This document shows positions 28,608-38,691 of a stretch of 64,000 nucleotides of DNA, one piece after another; position 1 is the stretch's first letter, and every line of letters starts with the position of its first letter. Source of the DNA: Treponema sp. GTDB lineage: Bacteria; Spirochaetota; Spirochaetia; Treponematales; Treponemataceae. Below the pieces are notes generated by a model. The model did no database searches, was not told the DNA's origin, and worked only from the letters and a program-made list of their open reading frames with translations. The stretch is from positions 2,540 to 66,539 of the forward strand of contig JAFSTK010000022.1 of NCBI GenBank assembly GCA_017450535.1, written 5' to 3'. A program made the position numbers and the translations under genes.

Positions 28608-29797
28608 TTATGGATGTCCTCTACGATATAGCCGTCGTTTGCCGCCCAAGAAATGTACACGGTGTCTTTCCATGCGATTTCGGGCCCGTCATCAAGATAA
28701 TTCGTGTGCTGCTTGAACACCTTTACAATGGTGCCGTTTTCTAGCCGCACATAGAATTTTGACTGGAAGCCTGTATACACCGGCTCTTCCACCACGCCTT
28801 TGAAGACGTTGATGTCTTTGCGTCCGGCAAATTTTGGCTCTTCCAGCGTAATGCGGATTTTTTCGGGGCGAATCGTAAATGCGACTTTCTGCCCTTCATC
28901 GGTATGTTCGTAGTCGGTGACCAAAATATTCTTGTCTTCTTCGCGGGTTGCCGCTGTTTCGCCCGTGAGCTGAGCCTGCATTCCGAGCGCGGGAGTGTTC
29001 AGCGTGACCATGTGCTCAATGTCGGCTTTTCCCGGCACTTTGTAGCCTTCGCATTTTACGACCGTGCTCTCAAACAGATTTGTCTCGCCGATGAACTGGG
29101 CGACAAACTGTGTGGCGGGGCTTTCGTAGATTTCAAACGGAGTGCCCACCTGCAACACGTGACCGCTGTTCATAACGGCAATGCGGTCGCTGACAGCCAA
29201 AGCCTCGCTCTGGTCATGGGTGACGTAAATGAAGGTGATGCCGATTTTGTCATGCAGCGCGTCCAAGTCAATCAAAAGGTTCGCGCGCAATTTTGCGTCC
29301 AGTGCGGAAAGCGGTTCGTCCAAAAGCAATACTTTTGGCTCGTTAATCAATGCGCGCGCAATTGCGACACGCTGACGCTGACCGCCAGAAAGCTGGTTTG
29401 GCTTTTTGAACATATGCGCTTCAAGCTGTACGAGTTTAAGGTATTCGCGTACTTTTGCGTCAATCTCATCTTTGGGAAGTTTTTTTAGTTTGAGCGGAAA
29501 AGCGACGTTGTCATACACGCTCAAGTGCGGAAAAAGCGCGTAGGTCTGAAACACCGTATTCGCCTGCCGCTTGTTTGGCGGGAAAGGAATGACGTTTTCG
29601 TTGTCAAACAGCACCGCGCCTTCATCAGGGAATTCAAATCCGGCAATGATACGCAGCAATGTCGTCTTGCCACAACCGGAAGGACCGAGCAGGGAGAAGA
29701 ATTCCCCCGGCTTAATCGTAATGTTAATGTCGTCTAATGCGACAAAATCGCCGAATCGCTTTGACACGTGGTCAATAGTAACCTGACTTCCTTTCAC
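28604..29797 (-). CDS. potA: Polyamine ABC transporter ATPase
   Basis: GPSGCGKT, VFQTYALFPHL, LSGGQRQR, LLLDEP, TOBE tail. Confidence 0.95.
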   Translation of the reverse strand: MKGSQVTIDHVSKRFGDFVALDDINITIKPGEFFSLLGPSGCGKTTLLRIIAGFEFPDEGAVLFDNENVIPFPPNKRQANTVFQTYALFPHLSVYDNVAFPLKLKKLPKDEIDAKVREYLKLVQLEAHMFKKPNQLSGGQRQRVAIARALINEPKVLLLDEPLSALDAKLRANLLIDLDALHDKIGITFIYVTHDQSEALAVSDRIAVMNSGHVLQVGTPFEIYESPATQFVAQFIGETNLFESTVVKCEGYKVPGKADIEHMVTLNTPALGMQAQLTGETAATREEDKNILVTDYEHTDEGQKVAFTIRPEKIRITLEEPKFAGRKDINVFKGVVEEPVYTGFQSKFYVRLENGTIVKVFKQHTNYLDDGPEIAWKDTVYISWAANDGYIVEDIHK

Positions 29798-29915
29798 TCT
29801 GTTTCCTCTAACCTAATCCGCCGTTGAAGGTGGTTTGATGCTGTGCGAATAGTGCATAGGACTTACAATAGAACTATTACACAAAGTTATCAATATGCAT
29901 GAGGAAGATATTTGA

Positions 29916-30140
29916 TTATTTTTCCTCAGCTTGTTTTGCCGCTTCTTCTTTCTGCGCTTCTTTTTTGTCCTTGATGTCCGCAAAGCCGATGAATACGGCA
30001 ATCAGACCGATAAAGGCGGCCAGGACGGGGGCTGCGCCTTTGAGCACCATGATAATGTCTGTGCCCCAGTTCAAACAGTTTGGCAGACAAGCCGCTACTG
30101 CGAACGCAATAAGTGCTAAACCGACGATAATTGCAAACAT
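29916..30140 (-). CDS. Small 2-TM membrane protein with charged tail
   Basis: AAGGAG RBS; two hydrophobic segments followed by DIKDKKEAQKEE. Confidence 0.75.
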   Translation of the reverse strand: MFAIIVGLALIAFAVAACLPNCLNWGTDIIMVLKGAAPVLAAFIGLIAVFIGFADIKDKKEAQKEEAAKQAEEK

Positions 30141-30252
30141 ATGTTTCTCCTTATTTATAAAAGCTGTGGCAACTACATTGATACCGCACGCTCTTTATCT
30201 ATCATCGCACAGATTGCTTGAAAATTCAACAGAAAATGAGTAGAGTTGAACA

Positions 30253-31011
30253 ATGCTTGACCAATCAAATTTCCGCAAGGCGGTAAAAACAACAATCCCC
30301 GTATTTTTCGGATATATCGCTATTGGTATTCCGTTCGGACTCATGCTGGTGAATGCGGGCTATCCGTGGTGGCTCGCCCCGGTTATGAGCATCTTTATCT
30401 ACGCGGGTGCAGGTCAGTACATGGCGGTCGGCTTGTTTGCGGCGGGAATGTCGCTCCATGCCATTCTGGTTGCGGAATTTTTTGTGAATATCAGGCATAT
30501 CGTATACGGTCTTTCGCTCATCAGCAAATTTAAGCCGGTGGGAAAAATAAAATATTTCCTGATGTTCGCGCTCACCGATGAGACGTATGCGCTTTTGACC
30601 ATGGTGAATGTGCCAAAGGATGCGGATGCGGGCTCGTATTATGGAACGATTGCGTTGTTTGACTGGCTTTATTGGATTGCAGGCGGGGTGATTGGCGCGC
30701 TGATTGGCACCGTGATTCCGTTTGATTTTGCAGGCGTTGATTTTGCGCTCACCGCACTCTTTACGGTCATGCTGATAAATCAGATTAAAGCGAGCAGGGA
30801 CATTCTTCCGCCGGTCATTGGCATTGTCACTACCGTTGTGGCGATTGTGCTGAGCCGCGTAGGTATTCTTCCTGGAGAGCACATTTTGCTGGTGGCGATT
30901 GCGTTGGGCTTATTTGCGCTGGTGTCAGTGCGGGGCAGAAAATTCCGCGCGGAACAACTGGCACAAAAACTGTCTGCTGATGGCGAGACGACACAGGGGG
31001 CGGCACAATGA
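30253..31011 (+). CDS. azlC: AzlC family branched-chain amino acid exporter
   Basis: PVFFGY, YAGAGQY, NIRHIVYG, LTDETYA, DFALTALF. Confidence 0.92.
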   Translation: MLDQSNFRKAVKTTIPVFFGYIAIGIPFGLMLVNAGYPWWLAPVMSIFIYAGAGQYMAVGLFAAGMSLHAILVAEFFVNIRHIVYGLSLISKFKPVGKIKYFLMFALTDETYALLTMVNVPKDADAGSYYGTIALFDWLYWIAGGVIGALIGTVIPFDFAGVDFALTALFTVMLINQIKASRDILPPVIGIVTTVVAIVLSRVGILPGEHILLVAIALGLFALVSVRGRKFRAEQLAQKLSADGETTQGAAQ

Positions 31012-31337
31012 GAATTTCACTTTCTGCCGCGCTGATTGCGACACTTGCTATTGCCGTGGTGATGTTTCTTTTGCGCGCGTTTCCATTTTTAGTGTTCAGC
31101 AAAAAAGATCCGCCGCCCTTCGTGCTCTTTATTGAGCGATATATTCCTTCAATGATAATCGCCATTCTGATTATCTACTGTCTCAAAGATATTCAGCTGA
31201 CGGCCGCACCGTTTGGGCTTCCTTCAATTATTGCGCTTACGTGTACAGTGGCTCTGCATTTGTGGCGCAACAATTCTATGATTAGCATTTTTGGCGGAAC
31301 GATTATCTACATGGTGCTGAATTACGTGCTGAAATAG
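31008..31337 (+). CDS. azlD: AzlD family protein
   Basis: LRAFPFLVF, YIP...LIIYCLKD, SIFGGTIIYM; coupled to azlC. Confidence 0.9.
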   Translation: MRISLSAALIATLAIAVVMFLLRAFPFLVFSKKDPPPFVLFIERYIPSMIIAILIIYCLKDIQLTAAPFGLPSIIALTCTVALHLWRNNSMISIFGGTIIYMVLNYVLK

Positions 31338-31354
31338 TACGAATTTCCGCGCTT

Positions 31355-33397
31355 TTATGCGATTACTTGGTTCTTGCCGTTGTTCTTTCCTTTGTACAGG
31401 TTTTCGTCTACGCGGCGGAACAAATCCATGTAAGTCATGCCTGCTTTGTACGTGGTGACACCAGCGGTGACGGTGAATTTTACAATTTCGTATTCGTGTT
31501 TTAAGGCAAGGTCTTCAATTTCTTTTCTGACCTGTTCCGCTACGGCTTGCGCGGCTTCAGTGTCGCCGTTAAACAGAATCAAAAATTCTTCGCCGCCCCA
31601 TCGGAACGCCCTGTCTTTGCGTTTCGAGATACTTTTGACAATGGATGCGGTTGTCGCAAGCACTTGGTCGCCAAAAGCGTGTCCATAGGTGTCGTTCAAG
31701 TATTTAAAATCGTCAAGGTCAAACAAAATCAGGCTGAAGGGGACTCCTTTTTCGGAGGCGCGATGTAAAAATTTTGCGATGAAACGATTCAGACTGCGGC
31801 GGTTTCGCAAATGAGTGAGCGGGTCAAAATACATGTCCTCTCGGATTCTGCGGAGCGCAAAAATGAGCGAGACAAGAATGGTGACGAATGTGAGTGCCGA
31901 AAGAAATATATAAAGGAAGTATTCTTTAAAGAATGTCTTTTTTGTGTAGCCTTGTTCTTTTACGACGTAGGTATCCATGGCATAGCGTATGGTCTCCGAA
32001 GGAAGCAGGCTGAGCATTTTATTGACGAGTGAAAAAAGTTCGCGGTTTTCGCGGGCGAATACAAATGCTACTTCACAGAGTTTTGGAAGTTCGCTGACTT
32101 GTAGTTTGAGGTACTCTTTATTTTTGTTTACAAGACCGCGCATTTTGTAGATGTTGCATATCGCACCGTCATTTTTTCCGGCAAGAACTGCGTTCAGACA
32201 TGCTTCATAGGTCGGATATGCCTCGGTTTTGAGATTGGGGTAATGCTCGTCGATGTAGAAGGGCATACGAAGTCGTCTGGGAATTGCATAGTTTCCGTTT
32301 TCGTTAAAAACGCTGTCTTTTTTGCATGCATAGCCTATGGTCACGGTGGTCAGTGGCTCGGAGATGATGAGGTCAGCTTGTTCGGCGTAATTCAAATCAC
32401 GGTATATGGGCGCAATTACGTCGATGATTCCGTTCTGCAAGTCAGAGAACATGAGGTCAGTGTCGTGGTAGAACACATAGGAAAATGTTGATTTTTTGTC
32501 GAGCAATGTGTCAGAAAGATGTGAGAAAACTTCTACGACAAGACCTTCCGCTTCTTCAGTCTCTTCATTGTAGTTGGCAAAAGGCAGGTCGTCATACATG
32601 CAGCCCACGTTGATTTTTGGATGACGCAGAAGCCATTCTTCTTCAAGCGGGGTAATCGACTTTGAGATTGTCGCATCCGTAAAATACTTGAGCCAAAGAT
32701 TGCTGTTATAGTAGGGGTTCATGGCGAAAACGTCCGCAAGTGCTGCATTAAGTTCTTCAAGCAAGTCCGGACGACTTTTTGTGACCGCAAGATAAAAATC
32801 AGATGAGCCGATTCTGCAGATGGGGTTCCAGTTACTTTCCGCTACCGTGTCAATTTCCAGGAGCAAATCGAATTCGTGGTTCGCAAACATGTTGTAATAG
32901 GGCTCGTCCCCTGAGAATTCGATGTATTCGCAGTCAAGGTTTTTGTCCTTCTGCCACTCCATAAAAAGGTTGTGCTGATAAAAGTCTTTTACAAGCGCAA
33001 TCTTTTTTCCTCGCCACGTAGAAAAGTCACTCGGACTGATATTCGCGTCTTTGTTGTTTGAATAAAGATAATAGGTTTCCTGTCCCATCACATAGTCAGG
33101 ATATAAAAGAAGTTTTTCTCGTTCGGGAGTGCGTGATACATCGGAAAGCACGTCAATCTCGCCTGAAAGCAGGGCAGGGTACAGGTTTTCCCACTCACCG
33201 TACACGTATTCGCATTTCCAGCCGGCATAGGCAGCCACCGTCTGAATATATTCGTAAGCGTAGCCGGCGCGAGGGTCTTCAGGAGAAAATCCAGACATAA
33301 AATTGCCGCTGTCTTTATAATATCCGACTTTGACAGTTTTCGCATACAAGGGGAGAAGGGAAAGAAATACGCAGAAGAGAAGGAGCTTTTTTGACAT
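31355..33397 (-). CDS. Diguanylate cyclase with tandem periplasmic solute-binding domains
   Basis: Signal peptide, two PBP-type domains, TM, DPLTHLRNRR, RWGGEEF. Confidence 0.9.
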   Translation of the reverse strand: MSKKLLLFCVFLSLLPLYAKTVKVGYYKDSGNFMSGFSPEDPRAGYAYEYIQTVAAYAGWKCEYVYGEWENLYPALLSGEIDVLSDVSRTPEREKLLLYPDYVMGQETYYLYSNNKDANISPSDFSTWRGKKIALVKDFYQHNLFMEWQKDKNLDCEYIEFSGDEPYYNMFANHEFDLLLEIDTVAESNWNPICRIGSSDFYLAVTKSRPDLLEELNAALADVFAMNPYYNSNLWLKYFTDATISKSITPLEEEWLLRHPKINVGCMYDDLPFANYNEETEEAEGLVVEVFSHLSDTLLDKKSTFSYVFYHDTDLMFSDLQNGIIDVIAPIYRDLNYAEQADLIISEPLTTVTIGYACKKDSVFNENGNYAIPRRLRMPFYIDEHYPNLKTEAYPTYEACLNAVLAGKNDGAICNIYKMRGLVNKNKEYLKLQVSELPKLCEVAFVFARENRELFSLVNKMLSLLPSETIRYAMDTYVVKEQGYTKKTFFKEYFLYIFLSALTFVTILVSLIFALRRIREDMYFDPLTHLRNRRSLNRFIAKFLHRASEKGVPFSLILFDLDDFKYLNDTYGHAFGDQVLATTASIVKSISKRKDRAFRWGGEEFLILFNGDTEAAQAVAEQVRKEIEDLALKHEYEIVKFTVTAGVTTYKAGMTYMDLFRRVDENLYKGKNNGKNQVIA

Positions 33398-33517
33398 ATA
33401 TTTTCCTTAAATGTATTCTTTTGAAGCTACAAATTTTAGTGACCTAAATTATAGCACAGGTTTTACATAAAAGGAAGTTTCTTTTAAAGAATAAAGCGTG
33501 ATAAAGTGCTGTATTAC

Positions 33518-33650
33518 TTGACCTAATTCATTTTAAATCATATAGTGATAATCCCCGTATATGCGTTGGCAACTGCTCATTGCTGACGGTTTAGTGATTC
33601 AGAGATGCTAACTGAATTACAGACAGACTTTTTAGATAAAGGTATATACA
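33518..33650 (+). promoter_or_regulatory. sigma70 promoter and structured leader of rplM-rpsI (possible L13 leader)
   Basis: TTGACC-17-TATAGT; ~100-nt leader starting CCCCG with hairpin GTGATTCAG...CTGAATTAC. Confidence 0.55.
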
Positions 33651-34079
33651 ATGAAAACCATTTTTGTACGCGATGTAGACCAGAAACGTGACTGGTACAT
33701 CATTGACGCAGCAGGAAAACCGCTCGGACGCGTTGCTGCAAAGGCTGCTTCAGTTCTTCGTGGAAAGAACAAGGCTACTTACACACCGAATCAGGAAATG
33801 GGCGACTATGTTGTTATCATCAATGCAGCTCAGGTTGCAGTTTCTGGTAACAAAGAGGACGACCACCTGTATCGCCACTACACTGGATTTGTTCGCGGTC
33901 TGCGCACTTATTCTTTCAAGAAATTGATTGAACGCCATCCGACAGACCCGCTCAAGCTTACTATCAACGGAATGTTGCCGAATGGTCGTCTTGGACGCAA
34001 AATGCTCGGCAATCTCAAGATTTACGAAGGCGCAGAGCATCCGCACGGAGCTCAGAACCCCAAACCGCTTGAAGTGTAA
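33651..34079 (+). CDS. rplM: 50S ribosomal protein L13
   Basis: WYIIDA.GKPLGR, YTPN..MGDYV, HPHGAQNP. Confidence 0.98.
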   Translation: MKTIFVRDVDQKRDWYIIDAAGKPLGRVAAKAASVLRGKNKATYTPNQEMGDYVVIINAAQVAVSGNKEDDHLYRHYTGFVRGLRTYSFKKLIERHPTDPLKLTINGMLPNGRLGRKMLGNLKIYEGAEHPHGAQNPKPLEV

Positions 34080-34102
34080 GCGTATAGGCAGGAGTTAATA
34101 GT

Positions 34103-34501
34103 ATGGCTACGGTTAAAAATATTGCTATTGGTACAGGAAGAAGAAAGACTGCTACTGCTCGTGTATTTTTGCGCGATGGCAGCGGAAAAATCGTTGTAAA
34201 CGGCAAAGATGTTGCGGAATACTTCGCTTCAGAAGAGCAGGTTCGCACAGTACATCGCCCGTTGTTGGTAACCAACAATGAAAACAAATTCGACATTCTT
34301 ATCAATGTTGTCGGCGGTGGTCTTAACGGTCAGGCAGCTGCATGTTTGCACGGTTTGAGTCGCGCTCTCTTGCAGGTTGATCCCGACAGCCGCACGTCTC
34401 TCAAGGCAAACGGCTACCTTACACGCGACAGCCGCATGGTGGAACGCAAGAAGTACGGTCAGCGTGGTGCACGCCGCCGCTTCCAGTTCAGCAAGCGTTA
34501 G
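34103..34501 (+). CDS. rpsI: 30S ribosomal protein S9
   Basis: GTGRRKTATARV, GGGLNGQA, ERKKYG...QFSKR. Confidence 0.98.
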   Translation: MATVKNIAIGTGRRKTATARVFLRDGSGKIVVNGKDVAEYFASEEQVRTVHRPLLVTNNENKFDILINVVGGGLNGQAAACLHGLSRALLQVDPDSRTSLKANGYLTRDSRMVERKKYGQRGARRRFQFSKR

Positions 34502-34532
34502 TCTTATCTGCATATTTTCGGAGCGTTTTGCT

Positions 34533-35147
34533 TTGGAGTTGTGCATAAGCACGGTAAAACAGGTCGGTACGGACTGTGTGGAAATCACCAGTTCAGAAGG
34601 ACCTGTTTTTTTTGTGCGCTTATCCTATTTACAAACAATTTCCCCTGATGATGTGTGCGACGGCGCAGTTTTTGCGGACGAGAAAGCCGACGACTTGGTG
34701 CGCGCGGGCGAAGCATTTGCAATTGAGAAAAAATGCGAGGGGCTTTTGGCGCGCTGTGAGCAGTGCAGGGCGGGGCTGGAGCGCAAGATGATGCAAAAAG
34801 GTTTTTCTAAAGAGCCAATTGCGCTTGCGCTGGATTATCTTGAGGGCAGAAATTTTTTAAGCGATGAGCGATTTGCGTCCTCTTGGTTGAGGATTCGTGC
34901 CGTAAGCAAATGCCAAGGGCGTGTTCGTCTAACAAGTGAATTGCTGAGCCGCGGTATCAGCCGGGAGATTACCGTTCGCGCGGTGGAAGAATTTTTTACC
35001 GAGCATGACGAGGCGGAAATGTGCCGCAAGGCTCTGGAAAAAGCAACCCGCGCAGGACGCGCGGGCGACAAATTAATAAAATATCTTATGGACAGCGGCT
35101 TCTCATACAAGATGATTCAGTCAGCCATAAAAGAATGCCGTGACTAG
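34533..35147 (+). CDS. recX: Regulatory protein RecX
   Basis: LERKMMQKGF, FLSDERFA, ELLSRGI, YLMDSGFSY; TTG start with GGAG upstream (start uncertain). Confidence 0.85.
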   Translation: MELCISTVKQVGTDCVEITSSEGPVFFVRLSYLQTISPDDVCDGAVFADEKADDLVRAGEAFAIEKKCEGLLARCEQCRAGLERKMMQKGFSKEPIALALDYLEGRNFLSDERFASSWLRIRAVSKCQGRVRLTSELLSRGISREITVRAVEEFFTEHDEAEMCRKALEKATRAGRAGDKLIKYLMDSGFSYKMIQSAIKECRD

Positions 35148-35170
35148 CACGGCACAGATTCTTTCGCTCA

Positions 35171-36175
35171 CTACCAGTTAAAGTAGTATGCCGGGTAGGA
35201 GAGATTTGTTTTTTCAAGCTGCCGCGTAAGTGCGGTAGAGCCAGTGATGCGTGAGAGCATGTTTCCGAAGAAAGAAGAGAAACGGTCGTTGTATTCGTAG
35301 GTGTATTCCACTGCCTCTGTGTCGGGGGCAAGCTCGGCATCTTCCAGCATTGTTTTGAGCGCATCGTCAAAGGAGCAAATGCCGTCAACTAAGCCCGCCT
35401 CTTTTGCCTGTGACATGTTGTAAATCCGTCCGTCAGCAAGTACGCGCACTTTTCCTATCGGCATATTGCGTCCTTCAGAGACGATGGTGATGAACTGGTT
35501 GTAGGCGTCGTCTGCGATGGACTGCATGATGTGCGCCTGTTCTTCTGTCAGCGGCTCGTCGTAGCTGAGCATGGTCTTGTTTTTGCCTGTGTGGAACGTG
35601 CGTGTTTTAATTCCGATTTTCTTCAGCAACTCTGTCGCATCAACGCTCTGACCAAAAATTACGCCGATTGAGCCGGTGAGTCCGTTGCGGTTGCCGTAGA
35701 TTTTGTCTGCCGCACATGCGATGTAATAGCCGCCACTTGCCGCCATCTGTGTGATGTATGCGTATACGGGACGCTCTGTCGTCGCTTTGTAGTCGAGCAG
35801 TGCAAGATACAATTCGTCTGACTGATATACGCCGCCACCTGGCGTGTTCAGATACAAGATAATGCCTTCGTTTTTGGCATCGTCCTTTAAGTCTGCGATT
35901 GTATCAAGAATCCATTTCTGATTGTAAGAGTTGGTCTCAGCAGCGATAATGCCGTCGATATAAATCTTTGCGATATAACCTTCGCTCTTGAAAAATTTCT
36001 TGCCTGAAGTCTTCTTTGTGGAAAACTTAAATCCAGGCAAATCGATGTTAAATCCGTTTGTTGATGCTGAGCGCGGAGCTTCGTTTTTTGGCTGCAACAA
36101 TGCGACTACCGCAAACACAACTGCCAGCGCGCTGATAACAATAAGAATGACAAGTCCAGTTTTCTTTTGTGCCAT
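35171..36175 (-). CDS. sppA: Signal peptide peptidase SppA (S49, short form)
   Basis: LNTPGG, AASGGYYIA, TGSIGV, ADGRIY. Confidence 0.93.
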   Translation of the reverse strand: MAQKKTGLVILIVISALAVVFAVVALLQPKNEAPRSASTNGFNIDLPGFKFSTKKTSGKKFFKSEGYIAKIYIDGIIAAETNSYNQKWILDTIADLKDDAKNEGIILYLNTPGGGVYQSDELYLALLDYKATTERPVYAYITQMAASGGYYIACAADKIYGNRNGLTGSIGVIFGQSVDATELLKKIGIKTRTFHTGKNKTMLSYDEPLTEEQAHIMQSIADDAYNQFITIVSEGRNMPIGKVRVLADGRIYNMSQAKEAGLVDGICSFDDALKTMLEDAELAPDTEAVEYTYEYNDRFSSFFGNMLSRITGSTALTRQLEKTNLSYPAYYFNW

Positions 36176-36191
36176 AGTTTCCTCTATTTAT

Positions 36192-36869
36192 TTATTCTGC
36201 AGGGGCAAAATCTGCCGGTGAAATCTTGTTGGTCATAATCGCCATGTTTTTAAGTCCCAGATAAGCATTTGCGAATGACAGTTCTACATATGGGCACAGC
36301 CATAATAATCCGATGCCTAAAGTCAGGGTGCACAAAATTAGCCATCCCAAAAAGCTTAATCCCATAATGAACAGGTCACCTTTGTGTCCTTGCGTGATGA
36401 CTTTGCTGATTTGCATGGCCTTGCGCACACCGATTCCGGGATTTTCTGCCAGAATAAAGAACATCTGCGAATAAGCGATGCTCTTGATGATGCCCGGAAT
36501 GATAAACAGCAGGGACCACAAAAATACCCAGAGCGAGTACCAAAGCATACCCAATACACCGGAAAGCCAGTTTTCCAAGCCTGTTAAAAAGGTGTTGAAC
36601 TGGAGTTTCTCTGTCGTCTGCGTCATGCGAAGGCACACGTATGCGGCGGCAACGGTGAGAATGCCTTCAATGCAGATTGAAACCAAAGAGAGTACGCTGT
36701 AAGCGAGGTATTGTGTCTCGGTTAAGACTGTCGCCTCGTCCATTACTTTGGAAGGCATGGCAACCATCGAGGTGATTGCAGCGATAAGTATGACCAATAA
36801 AATGGGAAGTCCCCACCTTCCTTTGAGCTGTTTGCGTGCATTTTTTTTGTACGTAATTCTGTCGAACAT
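36192..36869 (-). CDS. DUF975 family membrane protein
   Basis: K.NARKQLKGRW, LWSLLFIIPGIIKSIAYSQ, GHKGDLF. Confidence 0.88.
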   Translation of the reverse strand: MFDRITYKKNARKQLKGRWGLPILLVILIAAITSMVAMPSKVMDEATVLTETQYLAYSVLSLVSICIEGILTVAAAYVCLRMTQTTEKLQFNTFLTGLENWLSGVLGMLWYSLWVFLWSLLFIIPGIIKSIAYSQMFFILAENPGIGVRKAMQISKVITQGHKGDLFIMGLSFLGWLILCTLTLGIGLLWLCPYVELSFANAYLGLKNMAIMTNKISPADFAPAE

Positions 36870-36886
36870 TACCTCATCTCCTATAT

Positions 36887-37516
36887 TTACTCGGCGTTGG
36901 CCGTCGAGCACGTTTCCTTTCTTGCTTCCCGCAGCATGTCGCTGTAGTAGCGTTTTTCTATTTTTTCTTTTTTAATCCCTGCCATAGCGAGCAAAGATTG
37001 TAATTCCTGTTGATATTTTTCTACCGTCGCGCTGTCATTTGCCGGAGAAAGAATCTCAATCTCCAGAAAATCTCCCAGTGGCGGTACGGCGCACAATTCC
37101 AGATGCGCGTCTTTGTATGTCCAGCCCATCACAGACTTTTCTTTTTTGAGCGAGACAGCAAATCCAATGTCGGTGAGCAACGCTTCCATTGGCTCTGCAT
37201 CGGAAATCTCGCATTCTTTTTCATCGTTCACTTCGATTGCGGCTCCGTTTGCGTCAGTGCGCAATTCTTTTCGCTTGTAAGTGAGAAAAATGTGCGAGTT
37301 CCCTTGCGCGGAAGACGGATCGCTTGTGTCAGCGGTGCTTTTGCCATCGACACATTTTTCCTGACGGATGCGCGCGCTGATTTTTTTGCCATCGGCAATG
37401 AGCTTGTAGTAAGTGTCACTTTTTTGAACTGCCCCGCAATACGTCGCGAACGAATTGATTTTTGCAATTGTCGTGTCGCGGTCGTCAACATGGGCTTTCA
37501 GTTCAATTTCGTACAT
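36887..37516 (-). CDS. cyaB: CYTH domain protein (class IV adenylate cyclase-like)
   Basis: EIELKA N-terminal motif, DTYY, LTYK, LGDFLEIE. Confidence 0.85.
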   Translation of the reverse strand: MYEIELKAHVDDRDTTIAKINSFATYCGAVQKSDTYYKLIADGKKISARIRQEKCVDGKSTADTSDPSSAQGNSHIFLTYKRKELRTDANGAAIEVNDEKECEISDAEPMEALLTDIGFAVSLKKEKSVMGWTYKDAHLELCAVPPLGDFLEIEILSPANDSATVEKYQQELQSLLAMAGIKKEKIEKRYYSDMLREARKETCSTANAE

Positions 37517-37622
37517 ATTTTAAGTATACCATACTTTTTCACATATGTCATGCTGAACTTTATCCGGGGAAGAAGAAGACTGAAACTGCCGTCCCTGTCT
37601 TTAGAAGTTGCGATAACAATCT

Positions 37623-38600
37623 TTAGAAGTTGTGATAGCAATCTTCCGGGCACTTTTCAAAGTATTCTCGTACCCGTTCGCGGCTCTGTTCAGGTGTCTG
37701 TGCGTTGAGCATTTGTGTTTTAAAGTAATGTGCGAATGAAAAATTGTCGCAGTAGTAGGCAAAAAATCGCTGGAGCCGCGTCTTGTAGAACTCTGGTGGC
37801 TGACATTCTTCAACGTCGTCGATAAATTGCATCGCGACTTCTTCCGCATTGATTTCTGTGTGCGCGCCTGTAATCTCAGCGAATATCCATGGCTTTTGAG
37901 CGGCGGCGCGGGCAATCATCACACCGCTTGCGTGGGGCGCGGCTTGGATTGCGGACTCATAACTTGTGCGGTCAGAAACTGCGCCGTTCAAATAGACTGG
38001 AATCTTGCCGTCATAGCGCAATGCGAGCCGTTCCACGTATTCATGGCGCGGCTTGGTGCGATATTTTTCTTTTTTTGTGCGCGGATGAAGGGTAAGCAGT
38101 TGTACGCCTTCTTCTATGAGCATGTCGCAAAAGGCAAAAAATCCGTCGTCAGTAAAATCTTCTGCGCCCAGACGCAATTTGACGGAAAGCCGTTTTTCTT
38201 GCGCGCCATCTTTTGCCGCATTTGCAATCGCGCTTTTTACGCCGTGAACCATTGCGCAAGTCTCCGCAGTCGGTTTTGTCATCCATGCGATGCCGGCTCC
38301 TGTGTTTGCGATTTGCGGCGCGCAACAACCCATGTTCAAGTCTATGCCGATGCCTTCCCGTTCAGCCAAAAATGCCGCCGCCTGCGCCATCGGTTCCGCC
38401 TTGTTGCCGGTGAGCTGCCACACGATTTTGTCCGGCTCCGGTCCGCTCAAAAGATAATACTTTTCCCACGGTCCCATGTTCAAAAGCGAGGATGCGTTTA
38501 TCATTTCCGTAAAGTATTCATCGCATCCGCCAAATCTGACGACAGCACGACGAAATGCCTCGTGGCTCAGAGTCGCCATGGGGGCAAGGATTAGATTCAT
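37623..38600 (-). CDS. tRNA-dihydrouridine synthase family protein
   Basis: LAPMA, IDLNMGC, SVKLRLG, LHPRT, GVMIAR. Confidence 0.9.
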   Translation of the reverse strand: MNLILAPMATLSHEAFRRAVVRFGGCDEYFTEMINASSLLNMGPWEKYYLLSGPEPDKIVWQLTGNKAEPMAQAAAFLAEREGIGIDLNMGCCAPQIANTGAGIAWMTKPTAETCAMVHGVKSAIANAAKDGAQEKRLSVKLRLGAEDFTDDGFFAFCDMLIEEGVQLLTLHPRTKKEKYRTKPRHEYVERLALRYDGKIPVYLNGAVSDRTSYESAIQAAPHASGVMIARAAAQKPWIFAEITGAHTEINAEEVAMQFIDDVEECQPPEFYKTRLQRFFAYYCDNFSFAHYFKTQMLNAQTPEQSRERVREYFEKCPEDCYHNF

Positions 38601-38691
38601 GCTATTGTTGTATCATATTCGGGCGTTTTGTGCCATGGCGAGAGGTGGTATTGGGGTAGAAGAAAAGAGGATGACAGAGAGAAATTTGTTT

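Noticed and set aside
34377-34532. N-terminal extension of RecX overlapping rpsI
   Set aside because: Longest-ORF artefact; a TTG with RBS lies after the rpsI stop
37827-38594. Long antisense ORFs (also 45277..46101, 54717..55430, 62372..63100)
   Set aside because: Shadow frames of well-supported genes, with no recognisable motifs
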